Shown: piece after piece, positions 46,960 to 55,379 of the stretch | Numbering within the stretch: the stretch's first letter is position 1 | Layout of the letters: each line of letters starts with the position of its first letter | IMG/VR virus record: IMGVR_UViG_3300032046_000014 | Location: 20,304 to 84,303 of that record | DNA: 64,000 nucleotides | Reading direction: 5' to 3' (one strand) | DNA from: a virus | Position numbers and translations under genes: made by a program | Notes under the pieces: generated by a model | Databases searched by the model: none | What the model was told of the DNA's origin: nothing | The model's input: only the letters and a program-made list of their open reading frames with translations

Positions 46960-47022
46960 TCTTCCGTGTGTACCATAGTAGTGTAAAAGAAAAGCACAAC
47001 ACGGAAAAAAGGTGAGAAAAAA

Positions 47023-47118
47023 ATGACAGTAAAAAACTTCATCATTGGAACGCTTCTCATAAGCACAATGGCAGCGATAACCTACTATTTCACCTTTATG
47101 TATAGGTGGTTCGCATGA
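47023..47118 (+). CDS. 31-aa single-TM peptide
   Basis: AGGTGA RBS; MTVKNFIIGTLLISTMAAITYYFTFMYRWFA; ATGA overlap with the next gene. Confidence 0.55.
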   Translation: MTVKNFIIGTLLISTMAAITYYFTFMYRWFA

Positions 47119-47642
47119 ACAGCGATTACCTAAGCGTCAACAAGACAACTGGAAAACCACACTATACATACGGACAGAGCCAACAATGCCATGAACGGGA
47201 GCACGGACTGTTCTTTCATCCGAGAACGGGAGAAAAGATAGTTTGCCTAAGCGAAGCCAACATACGATATAAGACGATCTGGAAGCCAAAAGCGGAACGC
47301 ATGATCGTCAACGGTGACACGGTGATCAAGGTTCCAAGCACCGACAAGGTCAACGGCACAATACCGCAAACAGCTTATCACCGAATAGTAAACGCGATAA
47401 CGGAAACACCAGTCAAGGTATGTAAGACGGGAGACGGTCACACGTTCCTAGAGAATCCCGCAGCATGGCAGCTTAAAGCGGTCAACACTAAGAAGCACTT
47501 TTACGGAGAACGCAAGCATGGATACGCAAGCAAGGCAATAATCGAGGCACACCAACAACCAAGATGGAGACCGCCAGAAAAAGAAGCACCTCATAAGCTG
47601 AGGATAAGCAGCAGCGGTAAACTCAAGCTCTGCAGAATCTAA
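47115..47642 (+). CDS. Basic hypothetical protein
   Basis: ATG 47115 after a GGTGG RBS. Confidence 0.6.
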   Translation: MNSDYLSVNKTTGKPHYTYGQSQQCHEREHGLFFHPRTGEKIVCLSEANIRYKTIWKPKAERMIVNGDTVIKVPSTDKVNGTIPQTAYHRIVNAITETPVKVCKTGDGHTFLENPAAWQLKAVNTKKHFYGERKHGYASKAIIEAHQQPRWRPPEKEAPHKLRISSSGKLKLCRI

Positions 47643-47966
47643 GCGCAGAGTTGGCAAGCGGAACCTAAAAGGTTCATTCCGCAAGCCTCGAGCACTGGGA
47701 ACCTTTGAGAAGCCTAAGTTTCCCTTGGCGAGAAAATCCGCTGAGAAGCCATAGCTTTTCAATCCTAGTTATTCCCTTCGGAGAATAGCTACATACGCAA
47801 GCTCTTTGCGTACGACGGACTGACCCGTAGTGGAATGAAAGTCCGAATCCACGAAATTTTAGTAGTGGATCAAAAAGGGAGAAAATAATAAAGCCCAAGC
47901 CCATGGGCACACATCCAATTAATGACAAAGTTTTCATTAATCCGCAAAGCTCGACAACTTTGCGCT
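47642..47966 (+). ncRNA. Candidate large (325 nt) multi-hairpin ncRNA
   Basis: 12-bp closing helix AGCGCAGAGTTG/CAACTTTGCGCT, inner TCGAGC/GCTCGA, at least eight hairpins. Confidence 0.75.
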
Positions 47967-48043
47967 AAGGTGAAAACTTAAACAAAGATATTATACGATG
48001 AGGTCGCCAGTAGCGCGGCGACTGAGCTAAGCTCCTAACATTC

Positions 48044-48108
48044 TTTTTTCTATTCTCCCTAGCAAGGGATTGACAATGACCGTGAAACTCGGTCGAAAAT
48101 AGAAAAGG
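48044..48108 (+). ncRNA. Type III hammerhead ribozyme, U3-A8 variant; predicted cut after C48055
   Basis: Stem III TTTTCTAT/ATAGAAAA, UUC site, stem I TCCCT/AGGGA, core TTGACAA+T, stem II GACCG/CGGTC, GAAA. Confidence 0.8.
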
Positions 48109-48224
48109 ATGGTGATATAAAGAATGTTAAGCGGAAACCAAGCTCGAAAACTTCGCCTTAGAATACTCGGCGAAGACCAGTACAAGATCCTCATGCAACT
48201 GCATGGACGGAAGGTGAAGACGCA

Positions 48225-48467
48225 ATGAGAATACCAGTAGGCAATAGTTGTTCATGGCTTCCAGCTGAAGCGCTCGCAAAGATCACGAAGCTGCAGCTGT
48301 ACCGTGAAAGATGCATGAACTGGAACGTCAAAGCCTTCATGCCTAAGCAGGAAGCGGCGTTGGTAAGAGTTCCTATGACAGCGAAGCCACAGGAAACATT
48401 AGCGAGCCTGTTTGAACGATTGCAGATTCTCACAGACAAGATGGATGAAGGGCTGCAAAAATGTTGA
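48225..48467 (+). CDS. Hypothetical protein
   Basis: AGGTGA RBS. Confidence 0.55.
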   Translation: MRIPVGNSCSWLPAEALAKITKLQLYRERCMNWNVKAFMPKQEAALVRVPMTAKPQETLASLFERLQILTDKMDEGLQKC

Positions 48468-48868
48468 ATGCAAACCAAGAACTTGCTCGGAACATAGCGC
48501 ACTTACAGGAAGTCTACAATAGCGATTGCGCTTTCTGCAATCGGTACGGTGACTGCCACCCATGTCCCGACCCGGATCTCCTGCAGAAACGAGCCGACGA
48601 ATGGGCAGCAGAATATGTCCTCACCGACATCGTACCATTACTGTTGAAGCAAATCCAAGAGCTCCAGTTTAAAGCTGGCCTCACAGGCAAGACCAAGCTA
48701 GTGCATGTCACAGTGTACATGGATGAAGAAGGCAACATAGTTCTCGGCGGCTACGGATGGCAAGAATTCTACAACTATGAACAGGTTCAGACTCAACGCT
48801 GGCGAGATCTTGAAGCTGAACGGATAAGACGTGCAGTCGAACCCTTGCCAATGCTGGTCGGACCCTAA
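48461..48868 (+). CDS. Hypothetical protein with Cys cluster
   Basis: CAFC....C.PC. Confidence 0.6.
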   Translation: MLNANQELARNIAHLQEVYNSDCAFCNRYGDCHPCPDPDLLQKRADEWAAEYVLTDIVPLLLKQIQELQFKAGLTGKTKLVHVTVYMDEEGNIVLGGYGWQEFYNYEQVQTQRWRDLEAERIRRAVEPLPMLVGP

Positions 48869-48881
48869 CCCTTCCTTTTGT

Positions 48882-48954
48882 GGACCGTAAGTTGAGCAGC
48901 CTCCACGACGGCGCGGTCTGGAACAGGATTATTCACCTGTACTAAGTGCTCAGC
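48882..48954 (+). ncRNA. HDV-like self-cleaving ribozyme 1; predicted cut 5' of G48882
   Basis: P1 GGACCGT/GCGGTCT with G1.U; P2 GTTGAGCA/TGCTCAGC; P3 GCC/GGC; L3 TCCACGAC; P1.1 CC/GG; P4 ACAGG/CCTGT; J4/2 ACTAAG (catalytic C48942). Confidence 0.92.
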
Positions 48955-48987
48955 AGATTACCTGCAGGTGCAGGAGGTGAAACAAAG

Positions 48988-49821
48988 ATGATGAAAAAGC
49001 AAGTTGCGATACTTCTGGTTGCTGCATTGGCAACTGTACTTGTAGCTTCAGCCATAGTCAGCGCATGTGATCCTCCCAGATGTCCACCGGGTCCTCAAGG
49101 ACCAATTGGACCAGCAGGTCCTAAAGGTGACAAAGGAGATGTAGGAGCAACTGGCCCAACAGGACCTCAAGGTGCAACAGGAGCAACAGGACCAGAAGGT
49201 GCAATAGGACCAATGGGTTCTCAAGGACCCAGAGGAATAAGAGGACCGCAAGGTGAAACAGGATCTCAAGGGCTAACAGGACAGGCTGGAATCAACGGAA
49301 CCGATGGAGTTAACGGAACTGACGGAGTCAACGGAACAGATGGAACTGACGGAAAAGACGGTTCCACTTGGTATAATGGAAACGGCACAGCAACTTCAGA
49401 CTTAGGCAAGGATGGAGACTACTACCTACAAACAACAAACGGTGACATCCTCTACAAGATAGAAGGAACTTGGACTTTCCTGATGAACATCAAAGGCTCC
49501 GATGGAAGCAATGGACTCAACGGACTCGATGGACTCAACGGACAAGACGGCATCGATGGGAAAGACGGAATTGATGGTCTCAATGGAACAGATGGAGAGG
49601 ATGGTAAAGATGGACTTGACGGTCTTAACGGACAAGATGGACTCGATGGAGAAGATGGATTCAACGGACAAGACGGCAATGATGGAACAGACGGAATGTC
49701 TGCACAATCTTCAAGCGGATGCGATTGCAAACTATTGATTCTAATGCTCTTCCTGACCATGATAGCAATCTGGATAATCGCAATCAAAATGCTAAGGTGC
49801 AAGTGCAAGCAGCCCAACTAA
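48988..49821 (+). CDS. Collagen-like surface protein (signal peptide, Gly-X-Y repeats, C-terminal TM anchor)
   Basis: GGAGGTGA RBS; two Gly-X-Y blocks; several NGT sequons. Confidence 0.88.
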   Translation: MMKKQVAILLVAALATVLVASAIVSACDPPRCPPGPQGPIGPAGPKGDKGDVGATGPTGPQGATGATGPEGAIGPMGSQGPRGIRGPQGETGSQGLTGQAGINGTDGVNGTDGVNGTDGTDGKDGSTWYNGNGTATSDLGKDGDYYLQTTNGDILYKIEGTWTFLMNIKGSDGSNGLNGLDGLNGQDGIDGKDGIDGLNGTDGEDGKDGLDGLNGQDGLDGEDGFNGQDGNDGTDGMSAQSSSGCDCKLLILMLFLTMIAIWIIAIKMLRCKCKQPN

Positions 49822-49843
49822 AACCAACAGACTCTTTCTTTGT

Positions 49844-49901
49844 GAGTTGCAAGCTGAGACGCCTCCACGTGGCGCAACTTGGAATACGCGAAGAGCTCAG
49901 C
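49844..49901 (+). ncRNA. Minimal (P4-less) HDV-like ribozyme 2; predicted cut 5' of G49844
   Basis: P1 GAGTTGC/GCAACTT with G1.U; P2 GCTGAG/CTCAGC; P3 GCC/GGC; L3 TCCACGT; GG; J4/2 CGAA. Confidence 0.85.
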
Positions 49902-49928
49902 AAAACGATTGGAGTGTGAAAAAAGAAA

Positions 49929-50105
49929 ATGACTGTAGTATTCTTGGTGCAACGACTGGTCCACGGCAGATGGCAAAGCATCGGAGCTGTCTTCTGCAGG
50001 TACGACCGCAAGGCAGCACTACACCGCGCGCATGAAAACCCAATCATGCATGAACTACTGGCTGGCCACTGTGAAGACGTAGAGTTTTTGAGGTGGCTAC
50101 TGTGA
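49929..50105 (+). CDS. 58-aa hypothetical protein
   Basis: GGAGTGTGA RBS; manual translation MTVVFLVQRL... Confidence 0.5.
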   Translation: MTVVFLVQRLVHGRWQSIGAVFCRYDRKAALHRAHENPIMHELLAGHCEDVEFLRWLL

Positions 50106-50287
50106 AGACACTGAAGATCCCGACGCTTGTGAAGATCATGGGCGGCTGGGTTATGATCCAGCTCGGCAGCTTCCAATGGTGCAGCATAGGCGATCCACTC
50201 GGCGGAATCCTAGCCGTGACAGTCGGTCTCTCCCTGTTTCTTTGGGGACTATCAAACATAACCAACAATTGTGAGGTGATAGAATGA
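50093..50287 (+). CDS. Small membrane protein
   Basis: Two hydrophobic segments. Confidence 0.5.
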   Translation: MATVKTLKIPTLVKIMGGWVMIQLGSFQWCSIGDPLGGILAVTVGLSLFLWGLSNITNNCEVIE

Positions 50288-50640
50288 CAAGTATAACCGT
50301 AGAGGTTAAGGAAGAAGTCTGGCATGATCCCATCGAAGACGCGGAACTCGTGATACTGAGATTCAAGAATCCAGAAGAGCTAATGATGGCAGCGCATGAA
50401 GGCGTCACCGACATCGGCCTCTGGAAGAAGAAGGCCGGGATCGCGGTGCCGCTCCACGTGCAGAACCTCGTGGAATACCTGATGCAAAGACGCGAGATCA
50501 TAACTGCAAAAGCAGTCACAAATCTTCTCTGCCATTCACTGACAGTCCTACCGATCCTGGAAGGCATACAAGAAGCTCTCGACCTCGAATACTGTGAAGC
50601 GGAAGACAAGCTGCACCTGCAAGGAGGCGAACAAGTATGA
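50284..50640 (+). CDS. Hypothetical protein
   Basis: GAGGTGA RBS. Confidence 0.6.
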   Translation: MTSITVEVKEEVWHDPIEDAELVILRFKNPEELMMAAHEGVTDIGLWKKKAGIAVPLHVQNLVEYLMQRREIITAKAVTNLLCHSLTVLPILEGIQEALDLEYCEAEDKLHLQGGEQV

Positions 50641-50786
50641 AGCCGGAACTCACAGAACTCAGCCGCATAATCTGCAAACCCTGCAAAGCCTCGGACTACG
50701 AAGACTGCGCTCACTGCAGAATCCACGTACTCGTCAACAAGCTAGACTGCTGAGAGCAAGAAGCCGGCCGTTCAAAGGTCGGCAAT

Positions 50787-50847
50787 CCAAGCGTAATCGC
50801 TTGGCAGCAGGAAACCGCTGAGCCCAAATTGAAGGGCTGAAAAAGAG
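50787..50847 (+). ncRNA. Three-hairpin RNA motif, copy A
   Basis: Homologous to 57551..57611 with compensatory changes. Confidence 0.7.
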
Positions 50848-51007
50848 GCCAATGATCTTTTGGAGTGTGAAAGAAAGATGGAAAAGAAATCTACACGTTT
50901 GTGCGACCAGATACAAATGGTCAAGTCGTACACCATCAAAGAACCAGACGGCGGCAAAACAGTCGTCTATGTTAGTAGTCAACCGTGGAGAGAGAGGTGA
51001 GTGAAAG

Positions 51008-52675
51008 TTGACATGGCTAGATAAGTCAATCATAGAACGGCTCTGCCAAAGAAGCTGCGGCTTCATCTTCCAGACAGAAGACAAAGTGCGAATTGAACAG
51101 CTGATCAACTCGGCAAGACAATGCAACCTAAGCAAAGCCTTCAAGGCAAACTACGCAAGCATCCTCGAATACAATATCCTCCGCAGAGAACTTAAAGAAC
51201 TCAAGCCGACCAGCGAAACCATACTCGCGCCGGAACCTGGCAAGTCATACTTGCAGATCATAGACGAACGACTACACCAAACAGCCTCGCGTACAGACCA
51301 GCCGCAAGGCGCTCTCGTCATAATCCACTGGGTCCTAACCAAAGCCCACGCTGACAACATAGCGGACATGCTTGCCAGCTGGAGCCAAGACAAGACAATG
51401 TACAAGACCACGAGCACAGTATTCGTGTTCACGAGCGACGAAGGATTATTCAGCGAAACAGTCAGACGCCTATGCTACACAACTGAGATCGAGCCAGGCT
51501 CAGACGCAGAGTACCGGGACGTTCTCGATACACTTGCAGCTAAGATGAAGCCAGCCTTGAAGCTCAACGTCACAGAACAGTTTGTGCAAGCGCCAAGAGG
51601 ATTAACATTGCATCAGACGGAAACAGCAGCCTTGAAAGGAATCTACACGAACCCGGAAAGGCAGTTGTCACTGCCGCCGTTCACTGACCTCAAGATACAG
51701 ATACTGCGTTCAAGCGGCCTAGAATTCATAACGCCGAGCTTCGGCTATGAAGCAATAGGCGGCTTCGAAAGTATCAAGCAAGAATTCGCTGACTTCGTAG
51801 TGGCGCCATTGCAAGACCCGGCGAAAGCATTGTACTATGGCCTCGGCAGCCCAAGAGGAATCATCGAGTATGGACCTCCAGGCGTCGGCAAAACAGTGTT
51901 CGCCATAGCCACAGCCAAGGCGTTAGAACTGCCAATGGTAAAGCTTACACCTGCAGACCTGTACCGCAGCCTCGTAGGCGAATCAGAATCCCGAGTGAAA
52001 CACTTGACGGAACTCATTGAAAGCCTCTCGCCAATCGTAGTGTTCATAGACGAAGTAGACCAGCTGTTCATCGCAAGAAACCAAGTTATGATGACGGACT
52101 CAGGAGTCAACAGACGCATACTCAACGGCTTGCTTGACTGGCTAGGCCAACCAAGCAGACGAAGCTTCGTTATCGGAGCAACCAACTGCATAGAACAGAT
52201 GGACGAAGCAGCAACCCGGGCAGGAAGGTTCGACGAGATCCTCTTCATCCCGTACCCGAACCGCAAAGCCAGAGAAGACATCTTCAAGATACAATGCACT
52301 ATGACGCACAAGATACCGGTAGCCAAAGAACTCAGCTACAAAGAGCTCGCAGCAGAAAGCCAGTTGCTAAGCGGCGCAGAAATTGAGAAGTGGTGCATAC
52401 TCGCATCACGAGCAGCAATGCGTCACGGCGACAAATACGTCACTCAAGACCACTTCAAAGACACGGTAAGCCAGATAGTTATTGACCCGAAGAAACGCTG
52501 GGATGATCTGCAGGTGCAGGTGAAACGTCTTAGGACGATGAGCAACGTGAACGTACCCTTGTTGGAAGAGAGCCTGCAAGAATTCTATGATTCAGAGAAA
52601 GAAGTAGGCGATGAAAGAACAAGTAGTTTCCTGAAGATAATAGGTGAAAATGGAACGGAGGGAACAGCACTATGA
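51008..52675 (+). CDS. AAA+ ATPase (Ycf46-like: degenerate N-terminal and intact C-terminal AAA domain)
   Basis: GPPGVGKT, VFIDEVD, GATN, RAGRFD. Confidence 0.9.
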   Translation: MTWLDKSIIERLCQRSCGFIFQTEDKVRIEQLINSARQCNLSKAFKANYASILEYNILRRELKELKPTSETILAPEPGKSYLQIIDERLHQTASRTDQPQGALVIIHWVLTKAHADNIADMLASWSQDKTMYKTTSTVFVFTSDEGLFSETVRRLCYTTEIEPGSDAEYRDVLDTLAAKMKPALKLNVTEQFVQAPRGLTLHQTETAALKGIYTNPERQLSLPPFTDLKIQILRSSGLEFITPSFGYEAIGGFESIKQEFADFVVAPLQDPAKALYYGLGSPRGIIEYGPPGVGKTVFAIATAKALELPMVKLTPADLYRSLVGESESRVKHLTELIESLSPIVVFIDEVDQLFIARNQVMMTDSGVNRRILNGLLDWLGQPSRRSFVIGATNCIEQMDEAATRAGRFDEILFIPYPNRKAREDIFKIQCTMTHKIPVAKELSYKELAAESQLLSGAEIEKWCILASRAAMRHGDKYVTQDHFKDTVSQIVIDPKKRWDDLQVQVKRLRTMSNVNVPLLEESLQEFYDSEKEVGDERTSSFLKIIGENGTEGTAL

Positions 52676-53067
52676 GTCACACAACAGTCTACCTAACCAA
52701 ACTCGGCAACCTTAACCCGCAAATGCTCAAGGCAGCAGTTGAATACTTCGCCAAGATGCTTGGAGCCACCGTCTTCCATGGCACGATCCACAATGAATAC
52801 GATGACGAGACCAGACAGATAATCGTCGGATTCAAAACCGACGACCTGCCCCATGGCATAGGCTTCAACTTGGACCACGCCGGCAACCTCGTAATCGTCG
52901 GCGACCCATACGACCAAGCGGAAGCATACCAAAAATTCATTGACATGGCCACCAGCGGCCAGATCACCAACGCCTATCAGATCGCAATGAACGCGCAAGA
53001 GAACAATGAAACAGTAGATTCAAGAGTCGAAGGCGACAGCATCATAATGGAAGTGAACCCACAATGA
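52672..53067 (+). CDS. DUF1257/Ycf35-like protein
   Basis: MSH.T..T.L, IGF, GDPY, AY; follows the AAA gene. Confidence 0.6.
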   Translation: MSHTTVYLTKLGNLNPQMLKAAVEYFAKMLGATVFHGTIHNEYDDETRQIIVGFKTDDLPHGIGFNLDHAGNLVIVGDPYDQAEAYQKFIDMATSGQITNAYQIAMNAQENNETVDSRVEGDSIIMEVNPQ

Positions 53068-53246
53068 AAACCACAATAGTTCTCACGAAGGACGGAAAGA
53101 TCCATACGGACGCTGAAGGCTTCAACGGACCACAATGCATGATAGAGATCCAGAAGTTGCTCGCCGGTTTGGTCACGCAAGAAGTAGACACGAAACGGAA
53201 GAATGAGTATTATGCAAACGAAACAGAAGCTTCAACTGGTGCTTAG
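53064..53246 (+). CDS. DUF2997-like protein
   Basis: KDGKI..DAEGFNGPQC...K.EYY. Confidence 0.7.
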   Translation: MKTTIVLTKDGKIHTDAEGFNGPQCMIEIQKLLAGLVTQEVDTKRKNEYYANETEASTGA

Positions 53247-53381
53247 AAGCAACGCGATAGTTCCTGTTGGTTACATCGATGACCAAGAGGAACACCGCGT
53301 AGACGAGCTCCTAAAGAACATAGAAGTCACAGGCAAAACACAAGTGCCTTGTGGCTAAAACAGGTATGGAGTGTGAAAAGA

Positions 53382-54521
53382 ATGACAGATGAACAGCCTA
53401 AACTGCCAGACATAAACGTTCCAACATTGCCCTTGCCAGTCGACAGCAACCGTGTTGACCAGTTCCTAGCACACTTGCCACCGCCAGAACACACCGAATT
53501 CGAATTACTCTGTATGAAACGGCCAGTCATGCTGCAGGGCATACTGTTCGACATGCACTTCCACGGCGACGACCTCTTGAAAACGCAGGCGCCGGGACTC
53601 GGCGAAGACGTCTTCAACCAACTGAAGAATCATCTTGAAGACCAGATGATAGTCCTAGACCGCAAGTATGCACACAGAGAAACAAGCGGAGCCGCAAGCT
53701 GGGAAGCATACGGCAGCCGCAGCAAAGAACAGGAAGACGGCACTGACAGAACTCGCAGCATAAAAATCAGAGTGTTCCCGCGCAGCTTCTATAACAAGTT
53801 AGCCAGCTTCAAAGACCGCTTGGTCACAGAGCGACTGAGCAAATGCATAATGATTGAAAGCTACAAGAGCGGCAGATACAAGGAATGCATATACATTCTG
53901 CCCTATGAAAGCGCGCCCAGCATGGTAGCGCTCATAGAGGCGGTCAACCGGGAAATCGACATGTTCAACAAGGAAGTACAAGAGTACCTCGGCAGCCAAG
54001 ACTACCAGAACGTACGCGGAGTGCTTGAACGGTTCCACATGGAACATTTAGTAGACAAGAAATCCTTTATGATTCCGCATGTTGAGTACAGACTGATCCC
54101 GCTTGCATTGAATCCGAACGTAGTCATGGACATGGTTAAAACTAAGGAAGGCACATTGAACGAGAAACTGCAGCAAGAGTATGAATCAGGAAGACAACTG
54201 CTTCAAGAGAGCTTGGAACGTCAAAGCCAAGAGCTTGTTACAGCTGCATTAGCAAAGCTGAAGAAGGAAATCGACGCCAACGTGACACAAATAGTCATGA
54301 AGATGAAGACTGACCCTGACCGTGTGAAGGCTGACTTGGACAACATCAGACGAAAGGCAGACATGATCGGGCTTGAAGCATTAGCAGACAGCGTCATCAA
54401 CCCATTGAAACTGCTCATCGACACGCCAGACAGAGTCGAAGAACTATTCGGAGTCTCAGTGCTCGGCACGTTGCCTGAAGCAGTTGACGAAAGAATCAAA
54501 GCCCTGCTCAAAAGCCTCTAA
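53382..54521 (+). CDS. Helical hypothetical protein (possibly DUF3150-like)
   Basis: Context after the AAA/DUF1257/DUF2997 genes; YILP motif, coiled coil. Confidence 0.5.
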   Translation: MTDEQPKLPDINVPTLPLPVDSNRVDQFLAHLPPPEHTEFELLCMKRPVMLQGILFDMHFHGDDLLKTQAPGLGEDVFNQLKNHLEDQMIVLDRKYAHRETSGAASWEAYGSRSKEQEDGTDRTRSIKIRVFPRSFYNKLASFKDRLVTERLSKCIMIESYKSGRYKECIYILPYESAPSMVALIEAVNREIDMFNKEVQEYLGSQDYQNVRGVLERFHMEHLVDKKSFMIPHVEYRLIPLALNPNVVMDMVKTKEGTLNEKLQQEYESGRQLLQESLERQSQELVTAALAKLKKEIDANVTQIVMKMKTDPDRVKADLDNIRRKADMIGLEALADSVINPLKLLIDTPDRVEELFGVSVLGTLPEAVDERIKALLKSL

Positions 54522-54538
54522 CCTACAGGTGAAGCGAA

Positions 54539-54736
54539 GTGAACAAGAAACAGTTCAAGAAAGCGATTAGAAGCCTGCCTCTTGGAGCACAGCAGACAAT
54601 GGCAAGAGCGCTCTCAGGTGAAGAAAGTTACCTAGTGAGAGTATGCACTTGCGGTTGCAAGTACGTGAGCCGAGACTACGGCTTCCATTATGAGCCCTTG
54701 GAGAGATGCCAGAAACATCTGAGCAAAGGGAGGTGA
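54539..54736 (+). CDS. Small Cys-rich protein
   Basis: CTCGC...CQKH; CTACAGGTGA RBS. Confidence 0.55.
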   Translation: MNKKQFKKAIRSLPLGAQQTMARALSGEESYLVRVCTCGCKYVSRDYGFHYEPLERCQKHLSKGR

Positions 54737-54744
54737 GATAAAGA

Positions 54745-55143
54745 ATGTCAGCGCAACAGAGCTACTATGCAGAACAGTTCCACGTGAGAAGTGAGACGCG
54801 GAACAAATGCAACAGGTGTAGAAACAAGTTTCCCAACGCTCAAGACAGCTGCCCTAAATGCGGAAGTACCGACGTCGCTCCGCTCGAACACACCGTCAGT
54901 CTCAGACATGATGGCGGATGGGAATGCGGATGCGAAAGCTGGATCTTCGGACGCAAACGACATTCGTCAGGCTGGGGATGCAAACACATAGAAGAAGTCC
55001 GCGCAAGTTATGATGCTGCAGCTGTAGCCGCAAACCGTAGAGCAGGGCAACGCACCGTCATCCGAACCGCCGAGAGCACAATCGAACTCGCCGAAGACCC
55101 CGATGGTCGCATCAAAGGCTTCCTCGACAAACTCGACAAGTAG
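54745..55143 (+). CDS. SWIM zinc-finger protein with zinc ribbon
   Basis: CNRC/CPKC; CGC...CKH. Confidence 0.75.
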   Translation: MSAQQSYYAEQFHVRSETRNKCNRCRNKFPNAQDSCPKCGSTDVAPLEHTVSLRHDGGWECGCESWIFGRKRHSSGWGCKHIEEVRASYDAAAVAANRRAGQRTVIRTAESTIELAEDPDGRIKGFLDKLDK

Positions 55144-55251
55144 GCTTCCTGCAATTCCGAGGGACTGTATGCTGGTCGTTTCATCCTAGCAGAGTCTGCA
55201 GTGCCGCCAAAGTCGGTCTAGCGAGCCCTGATGACGAGCAGAGAGAAGCCT
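55143..55251 (+). ncRNA. Candidate intergenic structured RNA
   Basis: GGCTTC/GAAGCC and CTGC/GCAG closing stems; internal GACT/AGTC and TGCTGG/CTAGCA. Confidence 0.45.
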
Positions 55252-55379
55252 GCTTCCCAATTTCATACACCTGTATTTTCCTTCAGAATTCTTAAGCCCC
55301 ACACGCCTGTGGGGAGGCTGGACATCCTGCCACGGGAACGGTGGCGAAACAGCCAATAAATGGAGTGTGAAAAGAAAGC

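Noticed and set aside
46408-46986. ORFs 46408..46599, 46753..46986 and 46790..46978
   Set aside because: Artefacts of stop-poor AC/GT low-complexity sequence
47836-47846. GAAAGTCC resembling RNase P RNA CR-I
   Set aside because: No matching CR-V/P4 partner found
47690-47870. Group I intron-like words (CTGGGAACC, AATCCGCTG, GGACT/AGTCC) in the 325-nt RNA
   Set aside because: Only 18 nt separate the putative P7 strands, too short for P3', P8 and J8/7; P4 pairs poorly; no flanking exons
47674-47937. Minus-strand 87-aa ORF (and 47448..47762)
   Set aside because: Antisense to the early operon, no RBS or motifs; overlaps the structured RNA
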